From assembly GCA_016787485.1 (NCBI GenBank), contig JAEUUL010000022.1, forward strand, positions 51,887 to 115,886: a stretch of DNA of 64,000 nt, written 5' to 3'. Both the position numbers and the translations under genes were made by a program. The notes below the pieces were generated by a model that had not been told where the DNA came from, made no database searches, and worked only from the letters and a program-made list of their open reading frames with translations. Of this stretch, positions 9,235 to 18,256 are shown piece by piece (the stretch's first letter is position 1; each line of letters opens with the position of its first letter). This DNA comes from Bacteroidota bacterium. GTDB taxonomy: Bacteria > Bacteroidota > Bacteroidia > NS11-12g > UBA955.

Positions 9235-9765
9235 ATGCTTTACCCTTTTCAAACCATTTATCTGCGCACATCCCTCAACCGAAACGACGTGCAGGAGCAG
9301 TTGAAGTCTGTTACTTTCCTGCCCGAAGTACCCCGTACGCAGCAAAAAACCACAGGGATTTTCTATGGCAGCGTAAGTCCTGACCAATTCGACATTGAAT
9401 ATATTGGTGATAAACCAGGGTATTGCCAGTTTATTTCCGGCGAAATCAAAGGTCTGGAAGACGAAATATATCTGATACTGCGCATGGGCGCATTCCGCCA
9501 TCGCCGCTTCTATTTGCTTTTGTGTGCTTTTTATTTCGTGTCTCTTGCACTGGTTGCGTCAGATTTCATGCAGAATGGCACCCCATCCCTCCAACGCTGG
9601 CCTGCGGTTGTTTTCGGCTTTGTATTCATAATCCTTACCGGCTATTGTACCACATATCTCTGGAGGTTTCAGCGCACAAAGGCACGCACCGTGTTATACC
9701 TGCGGGGCATGTTTCAGGCCGACGAAGTAACGGCATCTGATTTACCTGTTGTGTTTCGCCTTTAG
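9235..9765 (+). CDS. Hypothetical membrane protein
   Basis: ORF with two hydrophobic segments; no recognisable motif. Confidence 0.4.
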   Translation: MLYPFQTIYLRTSLNRNDVQEQLKSVTFLPEVPRTQQKTTGIFYGSVSPDQFDIEYIGDKPGYCQFISGEIKGLEDEIYLILRMGAFRHRRFYLLLCAFYFVSLALVASDFMQNGTPSLQRWPAVVFGFVFIILTGYCTTYLWRFQRTKARTVLYLRGMFQADEVTASDLPVVFRL

Positions 9766-9780
9766 GGGTAAAGCCCGGAT

Positions 9781-10398
9781 TTGCGGTACTTTTGTATGTC
9801 TGCCATGAAAAAGTCATCCCTGTTTGCCGGGTTTATTCTGTTCAGTTTTTTACTGCAGGCCCAGGACACGCTGGTGCTGCGGGACAATCGCAGGGAAGTA
9901 TGCACTGTGCAAAAGGTGCGCCTTACGGAAATTGAATATCTTCCCTGGGGAAAGGGAAACACGGCCCCATACGCCATCAACAAATCTCTGGTGCAATATA
10001 TTATTTACAACACCGGCACCATTGATACCCTGAACCCCCTTACCGTGGAGCAAGCCAATGCCTCATCCCCGGACACCTCGGAAAAACAGGCGGAAGTAAA
10101 TTACCAGCAAGGATTTAAAGAAGGTTACCAGCACACACAGGCAGGACCGGTTGTAGCAGCAGGCATAGCCTCCGGCTGTTTAACCCCATACGGTGGAATA
10201 GCGGTTCCCATCATTCTGTCCCTTTCTAAAGTGAAAGGCACAAAAATTTCGGACCCGGCCTATACACAAAGCAAAAGTCCGGCCTACAAGGAAGGTTATC
10301 TCAAAGGCGCAGGCCGCAAGCGCAGAACCGCCATTTGGTCGGGTTACGGGGGTACAGTCGGCGTTATTGCCGGCGCCATCATCCTGCTTACACTATAG
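9781..10398 (+). CDS. Hypothetical secreted protein with C-terminal TM segment
   Basis: Signal peptide (MKKSSLFAGFILFSFLLQAQ) and C-terminal TVGVIAGAIILLTL. Confidence 0.45.
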   Translation: MRYFCMSAMKKSSLFAGFILFSFLLQAQDTLVLRDNRREVCTVQKVRLTEIEYLPWGKGNTAPYAINKSLVQYIIYNTGTIDTLNPLTVEQANASSPDTSEKQAEVNYQQGFKEGYQHTQAGPVVAAGIASGCLTPYGGIAVPIILSLSKVKGTKISDPAYTQSKSPAYKEGYLKGAGRKRRTAIWSGYGGTVGVIAGAIILLTL

Positions 10399-10941
10399 GC
10401 TGGTTCGCAATATTTTCAGCAAATCAGATTCCAGCGTGCGCTTCGGAGTTTCTTCAATTTTACCCACTGTCTTTCCATTGCGTAATACATAGATTGCAGG
10501 AACGGATTGAATAGTCACTTCACACACAAATCCTGAATCTGCAGGTTTCTTTTCACGATTTACACGGTAATATTCAAATGCCCGGCTTGGGAACCCACTT
10601 TCGTCAAGCACTTTTAACAAACGGGGCACCTCTCTGCGTGTGTCCGAGCACCAGTTGCCACCAATGACCCTGATTTGCACGCCCGGCCAAAGTGATTGCA
10701 ATTGCCTGCAATACTTCTTTTTCGGCTTATAACTGTAAAATTCACGGTATAATCTTTTATAAAATCCCTTGGCCCAAACTTGGGTAAGGCTGTCTGCCGA
10801 GGTGGTGTCTGCAATCAGTTTCTGAGCAAACATGGTCAGCAATCCGGACTCCAAAAGGACTTGCTGTGGTCTCTGAGCAGGCGATATTGCCGTACTTTCT
10901 GCAGAAAAAAGCAACACAATGAACAGCAGCAGGTATTTCAT
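10393..10941 (-). CDS. Thioredoxin-fold secreted protein (TlpA-like, CxxT variant)
   Basis: Start chosen at MKYLLLFIVLLFS (signal peptide). VIGGNWCSDTRREVPRL resembles the thioredoxin-fold active-site region. Confidence 0.45.
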   Translation of the reverse strand: MKYLLLFIVLLFSAESTAISPAQRPQQVLLESGLLTMFAQKLIADTTSADSLTQVWAKGFYKRLYREFYSYKPKKKYCRQLQSLWPGVQIRVIGGNWCSDTRREVPRLLKVLDESGFPSRAFEYYRVNREKKPADSGFVCEVTIQSVPAIYVLRNGKTVGKIEETPKRTLESDLLKILRTSL

Positions 10942-10995
10942 CCTGCGAAAATAGCCCACCAAATCCGCTGAAAATAGTACCTTCGTCCCAACTTC

Positions 10996-11970
10996 ATGAG
11001 TCAGTCTGTTGCGCAGATTAAAGCCCCTATTTCCACCGAGCTGGACAAGTTTGAGCACATTTTCCGCAACAGCATGAAAACCAGTGTCCCTTTGCTGGAT
11101 ACCATCATGAGCTACATCGTAAAGCGCAAGGGCAAACAGGTAAGACCCATGTTTGTGCTTTACAGCGCCACCCTTTTCGGACCCATCAACGAACGCACTT
11201 ACCGCGGAGCCGCGCTGGTGGAATTGTTACATACCGCTACGCTTGTACACGACGATGTGGTGGACGACAGCAATTTGCGCAGGGGATTTTTCAGCATCAA
11301 CGCGCTGTGGAAGAACAAAATTGCGGTACTGGTAGGTGATTTTCTCTTGTCTAAAGGATTGCTTCTTTCTATTGACAACAAAGACTTCGATTTGTTGGGA
11401 ATACTCAGCCATTCCGTGCGTGAAATGAGTGAGGGAGAGCTGTTACAGCTGGAACGCGCCCGTTTTATGGATGTGAATGAAGAGATTTATTTTGAAATCA
11501 TCCGCAAAAAAACCGCATCACTCATTGCTTCCTGCTGCCAGATAGGCACAGCCAGTACACAACCTGATCCGGAAATTCAGGAATCCATGCGCCGCTTTGG
11601 CGAACTCATTGGCCTTGCATTTCAAATCCGTGATGACCTGTTCGATTTTGGCGACAACAAATCTGGCAAACCTTCCGGAATAGATATCAAAGAGAAAAAA
11701 CTGACCCTGCCTGTGATTTATGCGTTGGCACAGGCACCTTCCTCAGAAAGACGGCATATTCGTCAGGTAATCCGCAGCCGAAAAGAAAAAGAAAAACTGC
11801 AGATTGTACTAAAGTTTATTCAGCAATACGGGGGGCTGGACTATGCCCGCAAACGAATGGCGGAATTGCGTGATGAAGCTTTTGAAATTTTGCACAGAGT
11901 AAGTCCGGAAAGTGAAAGCAGAAATTACCTGCAGAATCTTGTTAATTTTGTGATAGACCGCGAAGTATAA
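10996..11970 (+). CDS. Polyprenyl diphosphate synthase (trans-isoprenyl diphosphate synthase family)
   Basis: FARM LVHDDVVDDSNLRRG and SARM FQIRDDLFDFGD; 324 aa. Confidence 0.85.
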   Translation: MSQSVAQIKAPISTELDKFEHIFRNSMKTSVPLLDTIMSYIVKRKGKQVRPMFVLYSATLFGPINERTYRGAALVELLHTATLVHDDVVDDSNLRRGFFSINALWKNKIAVLVGDFLLSKGLLLSIDNKDFDLLGILSHSVREMSEGELLQLERARFMDVNEEIYFEIIRKKTASLIASCCQIGTASTQPDPEIQESMRRFGELIGLAFQIRDDLFDFGDNKSGKPSGIDIKEKKLTLPVIYALAQAPSSERRHIRQVIRSRKEKEKLQIVLKFIQQYGGLDYARKRMAELRDEAFEILHRVSPESESRNYLQNLVNFVIDREV

Positions 11971-11971
11971 T

Positions 11972-12463
11972 ATGAAAGCCCGAATACAAGACAAAGAAAT
12001 ACAACTGGAACAAAACGACGGAAAGTGGGTGCCTGTACACGCACCCGATGCCGTTGTGGAAACCCTGGCAGACGGCCGCCTGCTAATTCAGGTTCATAAC
12101 CAAACTTTTACTGCCCGGTTGGGTGAAGTAAACAAGGCTGATAAAATTGTCACTGTTTATCTGAATGGGAAAAAGGCAGAAGTGCATGTAAAAGAACCAC
12201 TGGATGACCTTTTGCACGCCATGGGACTGGACCAGCTCACAAAACCCAAAGCGCAAACGATCAAAGCACCAATGCCGGGGCTGGTTCTGGATGTATGCAC
12301 AGAGCCCGGCATGGAGGTAAAAAAAGGCGACAAAGTGCTGGTTCTCGAAGCCATGAAAATGGAAAATATCATCAAAGCACAGGGAGACGGAATTGTTGGC
12401 AAGGTTTTGGTAGAAAAAGGACAGGCAGTAGACAAAAACCAACTGCTGATAGAATTTATATGA
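11972..12463 (+). CDS. Biotin/lipoyl-attachment domain protein (acetyl-CoA carboxylase BCCP-like)
   Basis: C-terminal biotinyl domain with EAMKMEN and the biotinylation lysine. Confidence 0.75.
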   Translation: MKARIQDKEIQLEQNDGKWVPVHAPDAVVETLADGRLLIQVHNQTFTARLGEVNKADKIVTVYLNGKKAEVHVKEPLDDLLHAMGLDQLTKPKAQTIKAPMPGLVLDVCTEPGMEVKKGDKVLVLEAMKMENIIKAQGDGIVGKVLVEKGQAVDKNQLLIEFI

Positions 12464-12942
12464 AAAACGTTTTCATTATAGCATTTCTCAGTTTTCTGCC
12501 ATCATTAATTATGGCGCAGGATACCCTGGCCCGCCCGGCCAAAGTGATACTTGACAAATCGGGCAAGCTCACTTCTGCACAGATAAAAACACTAAGCGAC
12601 CTGAGTGAAGGGTTGCAGCGCACACGCAAAACCATGGGCTGGGTGCTGGTGGTAGATACAGTTCCTGCCGGGCAGACAGTGATGGCCTATGCAAAGGGAA
12701 TTTTTAAGAAATGGAACCTGAACAATGACAATGATGGAATGAATTTTATCATCATTTATGTGCGCAAAGAAAACGGAATCCGGATTGAGGCCAGTGATAA
12801 AATTGTAACGCTGGTTACCAAAGATTATATGCGGCGGGTGATTGCCGAAAGTATGATTCCACTCCTGAAACAGAGCAAAGAGTTTGAAGCCCTGAAAAAA
12901 GGCATGGAAATGATGGTAAAGCAAATCGTGAATAACGAATAG
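12460..12942 (+). CDS. TPM-domain (TLP18.3/Psb32-like) secreted protein
   Basis: Start at MKNVFIIAFLSFLPSLIMAQ; its ATG overlaps the upstream stop (ATATGA); NFIIIYV...GIRIEASDKI motif region. Confidence 0.55.
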   Translation: MKNVFIIAFLSFLPSLIMAQDTLARPAKVILDKSGKLTSAQIKTLSDLSEGLQRTRKTMGWVLVVDTVPAGQTVMAYAKGIFKKWNLNNDNDGMNFIIIYVRKENGIRIEASDKIVTLVTKDYMRRVIAESMIPLLKQSKEFEALKKGMEMMVKQIVNNE

Positions 12943-12985
12943 CTTTTTACTGCAAACATCCCAACCTGTCCTAAATTGCAGCCCG

Positions 12986-14443
12986 GTGCGGGTTGCAGAT
13001 AACACACGCGGAGCTTACCGGATTTTTTACCTGCTCGTTGGGGTATACCTGCTGTTGGGATTGATTAATCTGGCCTATGTGCCGGTACCCTGGCTGGACG
13101 AAACCGCCAACCTGGAGCCCGCCATTATGTGGCACCGTACCGGTCATCTTATCAGCAAAGGTTGGCCCAACCCGGGAGCCGATAAAGCCTTTCTCAGTTA
13201 CCCGCCAGCCATACATGTGCTGCACTACTGCAACCTTGCCATTTCTCCCTGTACCGTTTTCAGAATCCGGCTTCCGTTTCTTCTTCTCCATACCGGCAGT
13301 ATTTTATTGCTTTATTTTTTACTCAGGAAACTGGGATCTGCCACCTGGCTGGCTGCAACTGTCTCTGCACTGTTTATGTTTGACAAAGTCGTTTTTGAAA
13401 TTTCGAAAGCGGCCAGAAGTGAAACACTGGAAATTTTTCTTCTGCTGTTGCTGCTTCATTTGTGGTTTGCAGGCAAGCGTGGATTCATACTGGGTGTGCT
13501 GTGTGGCGCCCTCGTTCTTACCCACCTGAAAGAATGGCCTGTTGCTGGTCTCATTGCCCTTGCAGCATTGTATCATAACGCCCCAAAAATCAAACTTGCA
13601 TTCCTGGCTGGCATAGTTCTTCTTCCCCTGTGGTATCTTCAATTCATCCACTGGGATATTCACGGACTTTACCAGCAATGGTTTCTGCAAAGCACGGAGC
13701 ATGCAGCCCATGGTTCTGTTTTGCAACGAATCCTGGATTTTTTATTCACCCGTTTCTGGCCCGTTTACAAAGAACAACCCTGGGTGATTCCATTGCATAT
13801 GGTACTGCTGTTTATGTCGTGTGCACAATTGAGACACTGGAAGAAAACCGAGACCTTGCCCGCTATCCTGTTTGCCGTTGGAAGCATCGCCTGGATGCTG
13901 GTTTTAGGCCCTCATTACCGCTACTGGCCACCCATGTACTTGCTGGGTCTTCTCTCTGCAGCACCATATTTGTCTCAAAAAGTACTGCGCTGGAAACCCT
14001 GGATGTGGGGAATTACAGTCCCGGTTGCAGCCGGACTCGCTTTTCCATTTGTAACACGGCACACATTGGGCCTTGTGCAACGTGAAGCCCGGGATCCTCA
14101 GGCCGCGCTCGCATTTATTGAAAATTTCATCCCGCGTGGGCCGAAAACACTGCTCATAGGGGCTGAAATCGGACAATACTATATGGCGGACAAACCGGAA
14201 ACGGAATTCTCAACCCTGCTGTACCCGGACCATTTCCGGTTTGAAGATTACCAGCAGGTATTTCTGCTCACTGACAAGCCGGTGCGTTGGAAGGCCTTAG
14301 CCATTTACAATCCAGGGGAGCCCGCCTGGATACGCCATTATCCTAATCTGGGCAGGGCAGGTACTTTTCAGGGAATGGTCCTATATCGGATTCAGTCCAG
14401 GGAACAATGGGACTCCATTGCCCGGCCTTTTTTCCCGCGCTGA
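12986..14443 (+). CDS. GT-C fold membrane glycosyltransferase (ArnT/PMT-like, family 39/83-like)
   Basis: Many TM helices; first extracytoplasmic loop WLDETANLEPAIMWHRTG (DE motif). Confidence 0.5.
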   Translation: MRVADNTRGAYRIFYLLVGVYLLLGLINLAYVPVPWLDETANLEPAIMWHRTGHLISKGWPNPGADKAFLSYPPAIHVLHYCNLAISPCTVFRIRLPFLLLHTGSILLLYFLLRKLGSATWLAATVSALFMFDKVVFEISKAARSETLEIFLLLLLLHLWFAGKRGFILGVLCGALVLTHLKEWPVAGLIALAALYHNAPKIKLAFLAGIVLLPLWYLQFIHWDIHGLYQQWFLQSTEHAAHGSVLQRILDFLFTRFWPVYKEQPWVIPLHMVLLFMSCAQLRHWKKTETLPAILFAVGSIAWMLVLGPHYRYWPPMYLLGLLSAAPYLSQKVLRWKPWMWGITVPVAAGLAFPFVTRHTLGLVQREARDPQAALAFIENFIPRGPKTLLIGAEIGQYYMADKPETEFSTLLYPDHFRFEDYQQVFLLTDKPVRWKALAIYNPGEPAWIRHYPNLGRAGTFQGMVLYRIQSREQWDSIARPFFPR

Positions 14444-14444
14444 G

Positions 14445-15764
14445 TCAGCGCTTTGCCTGGGCATTCTGCAATCCATAACCAATGAGCTCATCGAATCCCA
14501 TGGTTTGGTTGCGGTGGTACATCAGTACCATGTAGTTGTTCTCGGTTTCAGAATGCGCCCCTTCAAAATATCTGGTATCCATTGCACCGGTTGACGGATC
14601 CTTCACTGCATACACATAATTATAATAAGCCTGTTTCAGGGGTACAACGGCTTCGTATGCTTTGCTGTCCGCATTATAATACATGCGAAAATCGTCCTGT
14701 GTGCGCCAGTCACTTAACTCACCATAGATATATATATCTTTCCCTTTCAGCTCCTCATCGCTGCGCAGCGTAAAATGCACAAAACAATAATCGCTTTCTA
14801 CTGGTATACCACTGGGCAGGGGTATGTCTTTGCTGTAAATAAAATAGCGTCCATTATAGTCTTTCCAGTTCATGTACCTGTCAAATCTGCGTGTATTGTC
14901 ATTGACCAGCAAAACATGCTTCTGGTTGGATATATTGAATTTCTGCTTCACGTTTGCCCCGGTCTGGCGCAGGCTGCGAATGTCGAAAAAGCGGTATTCA
15001 TTCAGCCCGTCCACATTATTTCCGGTTTGATATTTATAGGTGTAGGTGTTGCCGGATACAAACTGCGGTGCAAGATCTGTTATGGCCGTGGACCACTCTC
15101 CGTTGCGAAGAATGACAGATTTCAGATCCTTGTAGGGATTGGGAAGAAAATACCCAGACTCATTCAGCGTATATGCAAACTGCACCTGCTGATGCGTGGG
15201 GCGCAATTCCACCTGATTGCTCTGGTTTATCGTCACATCTGTGGTTCCTTTGTTATCCAGAACCAAAATCCGCCGGCTCAATACGATGTCATTTTCGTCA
15301 AAATTGCGGTATACAAGCAACAGAAAGTTTCCGCTTACCCTGGGTATGGTATTGTTTCCCGGCACCGTAACCTGATAATGGGTATACTGCATGAGTGTGC
15401 CGGTACTGAACATGGCATTGTCTATGTTATCAAATCCAGTACCACTCAGTGCCTGCCCCTTCTGCAGCCCGCTGGGCTCCCAGTTTGCATTGCAATGAAT
15501 AAGGGTAAACTGGTAATAGTCTCTTTCGCTGCTGAATTGGTCAAACTCAAGATTCAGCGTTTCACCTGTACCCAGATTCAGTATTGGAAAGTTAAAGCCC
15601 GAGGCGGTCTGACTGATTTGTGCAGAATGAATATCCTTTTCGTAGATATAATTGGTGTATTGCAGCGTGCTGTCGGCGGCAGTTGCAATGCCGGCAAACG
15701 AAACAAGTATACAAAGCAGAAATGTACGCATGTGTGGCAACATGTAACGCCAAATGTATGCCAA
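14445..15764 (-). CDS. Hypothetical secreted protein (439 aa)
   Basis: Signal peptide MRTFLLCILVSFAGIATA (the start may be at 15731); no motif recognised. Confidence 0.5.
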   Translation of the reverse strand: MAYIWRYMLPHMRTFLLCILVSFAGIATAADSTLQYTNYIYEKDIHSAQISQTASGFNFPILNLGTGETLNLEFDQFSSERDYYQFTLIHCNANWEPSGLQKGQALSGTGFDNIDNAMFSTGTLMQYTHYQVTVPGNNTIPRVSGNFLLLVYRNFDENDIVLSRRILVLDNKGTTDVTINQSNQVELRPTHQQVQFAYTLNESGYFLPNPYKDLKSVILRNGEWSTAITDLAPQFVSGNTYTYKYQTGNNVDGLNEYRFFDIRSLRQTGANVKQKFNISNQKHVLLVNDNTRRFDRYMNWKDYNGRYFIYSKDIPLPSGIPVESDYCFVHFTLRSDEELKGKDIYIYGELSDWRTQDDFRMYYNADSKAYEAVVPLKQAYYNYVYAVKDPSTGAMDTRYFEGAHSETENNYMVLMYHRNQTMGFDELIGYGLQNAQAKR

Positions 15765-15865
15765 AAATTGCTGGGGAACAAAGAAAGTATGGTTTACTAT
15801 ATGTCAATTTCATGTCTGTAATCCCATCAACCCCGGTTTTCAAGTAATCTTGTAAATCTGAATCT

Positions 15866-16657
15866 ATGAAAATCCCGTTTTTACCTGTTCTGCTTCTGTG
15901 TTTCGGTGCATGCACCCAGGGTGCAGCTGTGAAGACAAACCCAATGGATACACTGGTAAAACCAGCGGATACCCCGGCTCCGAAGTATCCTTTTCGGGAC
16001 AGGTACAGGACAGCAGGCAGGTATGTGGACTCAATGGTCAATGCATTTCTCAGACAATTTCCGGATACAGGCGCTGAATCGGAAGATTACAACGCAACCC
16101 TGTTGCCGGAAAATCAGATCAATGCTTTTACAGACGTGCAATATCTGGCCTTCGTAATCGAGCATCCCGAAGGACATTTGCAGAATTGCAACATCAGCGT
16201 ACCCATTTTTGTTGCCGGAATGAAACACCGGTTATACATGAGAATTCCGGGAACAATGGCGGAGGAGTTTCCCACGGATATGCGGTTGAAAAAATTTAAA
16301 ACCAAATTTCCCGGCTGCTTCATCCTGCTGGATTCCTTGCTGCAATTGCCCCTGCAGGACAGCAACCTCATATGCAAGGCAGTGGAAGTATACCGGCAAA
16401 TGAATGCCAAAGCCTGTATCCAGCGTTTGATGCTAAAAGTCCAACAAGATGCCCATGGTTTCTGGGGGTCCTGCCTGATGTATGTCTGGTATCAGCATTT
16501 CACAAAAGACTGCCTGACCTCCGAAACCGGGAAATCCGTTGCTGCGCTGGCCGACCCCGCAAATCCGGAAGCCTCACCCCATCTGAATTACACCAGCAAA
16601 CGACGTGAAAAACTCATACAGGAAATTCAGGATTGGTTGAAAAAGTTGCCCGAATGA
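15866..16657 (+). CDS. Hypothetical lipoprotein
   Basis: MKIPFLPVLLLCFGAC lipobox. Confidence 0.5.
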   Translation: MKIPFLPVLLLCFGACTQGAAVKTNPMDTLVKPADTPAPKYPFRDRYRTAGRYVDSMVNAFLRQFPDTGAESEDYNATLLPENQINAFTDVQYLAFVIEHPEGHLQNCNISVPIFVAGMKHRLYMRIPGTMAEEFPTDMRLKKFKTKFPGCFILLDSLLQLPLQDSNLICKAVEVYRQMNAKACIQRLMLKVQQDAHGFWGSCLMYVWYQHFTKDCLTSETGKSVAALADPANPEASPHLNYTSKRREKLIQEIQDWLKKLPE

Positions 16658-17505
16658 AATTGTCTGTTGTTGCCTGCATATTTACCGTGCTGCTCTTTGT
16701 TCATTGTCAAAGCCAGGAATTGGCAATCCGGCAGGCAGACCGCGTTTCCATATCATCAGGCCATTGGAAACTCGGGAAAAAAGGACATCGTATCAACCCT
16801 GCACATTCCGTAAAAAACAATCCGTTTGCGATAGGCCGCTATGAAGTTACAAATGCAGAATTTGAAAAATTTGTAAAAGCCACAGGGTATATCACTGTAG
16901 CAGAGAAAGACCACAATGCGCAGGTTTACTGCGACAGCCTGGGTGAATTTATCTGGTGCACGGATACGGCAGCCAGCTGGCGCTTTCCGCAGGGCAAACA
17001 ATTTGCGTACTACACCCACAGGCTGAACGAACCTGTAACCTGCATATGTTTTGATGACGCCATTGCCTATTGCCAATGGGCTGGTGTGCGCCTACCCACT
17101 CTGGATGAATGGGAAATTGCCGCCCGTGCCGGCAGCCGGGGCACCTGGTTCTTTGGCAACCGCTTTGATTCCATTGTGCGGTATGGCAACTGCTGGCATG
17201 CACGAAGCCATTACAAACCCGACAGCAGTGACGGATACCCCTTTACTGCACCCGTGGGAAAATATTTACCCAATGACTGGGGTTTGTATGATATGTACGG
17301 CAATGTATTTGAATTTTGTGCGGACAAACCTGCCATTTTTGCATCACACCCGGAATGGGCCAGTGCAAGGGGTGGCAGCTGGTGGTGCAGCAAATATTCC
17401 TGCAATTTTGTCAATTCTGTGGATATCGGGAGGGTGCACCGCAGGGCCAGTTTTTCCAATCTTGGGTTTCGTGTTGTGTATGAGAAAATGAAAAGTGAAA
17501 TATGA
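16654..17505 (+). CDS. Formylglycine-generating enzyme (SUMF1/FGE) family protein
   Basis: RGGSWW and YDMYGNVFEF motifs; its start overlaps the upstream stop (ATGA). Confidence 0.8.
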   Translation: MKLSVVACIFTVLLFVHCQSQELAIRQADRVSISSGHWKLGKKGHRINPAHSVKNNPFAIGRYEVTNAEFEKFVKATGYITVAEKDHNAQVYCDSLGEFIWCTDTAASWRFPQGKQFAYYTHRLNEPVTCICFDDAIAYCQWAGVRLPTLDEWEIAARAGSRGTWFFGNRFDSIVRYGNCWHARSHYKPDSSDGYPFTAPVGKYLPNDWGLYDMYGNVFEFCADKPAIFASHPEWASARGGSWWCSKYSCNFVNSVDIGRVHRRASFSNLGFRVVYEKMKSEI

Positions 17506-18254
17506 AAATACCCATGCAATATCTCCTTGTCCTATTGTTAATATCCATGCCGTTGCAATTGCTCCGGGGACAACCCAATTATGATTCCATTTACGGTGAA
17601 TGGACACAGACCCAACTGCCCCGGATTCCTGCCATGCAAGCTTCAAACAGTGTGCTGCACACCTTGCTGGAAGGCAACATGCCCCGTTCGTTGTACACTG
17701 AAAAACCTCTTCCGGACAGCATTCTGACCGAAATGGATGTACATGAAAAACTGATGTATGTGCTTCAGTATCCTTCAAAAATCAGACAAAACTGCTATTA
17801 CCTGAACCGCAGTAAAATAAAGCCGCGGATCTATTTCTGGCTGGAGGGTGATGTGCGTTATTTTTCACCCTGGCAGGACAGTTTACTGAAAAAAAATAAG
17901 GATACCCTGTTTGCCATTGCCTACGGAATACTCAGTAGAAAAACAACCTTTTACAATGACCTGCAACGGCTGCAATCCATTGCCGGCAACTGGGAAAGTC
18001 CAAAGGGCTGGATCCCCCTTTTTAACTGGGCTTGCCGCACACATGACAACAGCCCGGAATATTACACCTTGCTCAATTGGGCTTTGTTTAAAGACACCAA
18101 CATTCGCTGGGATAAATGCATCAGAAAAAAGCATAAAAAGTACGACAAAATGCTGGCGAACGGGAGTTTTACCGACCGGTATTATCCGTTTCGCAGGAAA
18201 TACAAAAAAGCCCTTTTACATGCAGCAGATGCCTGGATGAAAGCCCACCCCTGA
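17502..18254 (+). CDS. Hypothetical secreted protein
   Basis: Signal peptide; its start overlaps the FGE stop. Confidence 0.5.
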   Translation: MKIPMQYLLVLLLISMPLQLLRGQPNYDSIYGEWTQTQLPRIPAMQASNSVLHTLLEGNMPRSLYTEKPLPDSILTEMDVHEKLMYVLQYPSKIRQNCYYLNRSKIKPRIYFWLEGDVRYFSPWQDSLLKKNKDTLFAIAYGILSRKTTFYNDLQRLQSIAGNWESPKGWIPLFNWACRTHDNSPEYYTLLNWALFKDTNIRWDKCIRKKHKKYDKMLANGSFTDRYYPFRRKYKKALLHAADAWMKAHP

Positions 18255-18256
18255 AC

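Noticed and set aside
12295-12459. N-terminal extension of the TPM-domain ORF (Arg/Gly-rich MHRARHGGKKRR...)
   Set aside because: It overlaps the BCCP-like gene out of frame. The real start is the signal-peptide Met at 12460, whose ATG overlaps the upstream stop.
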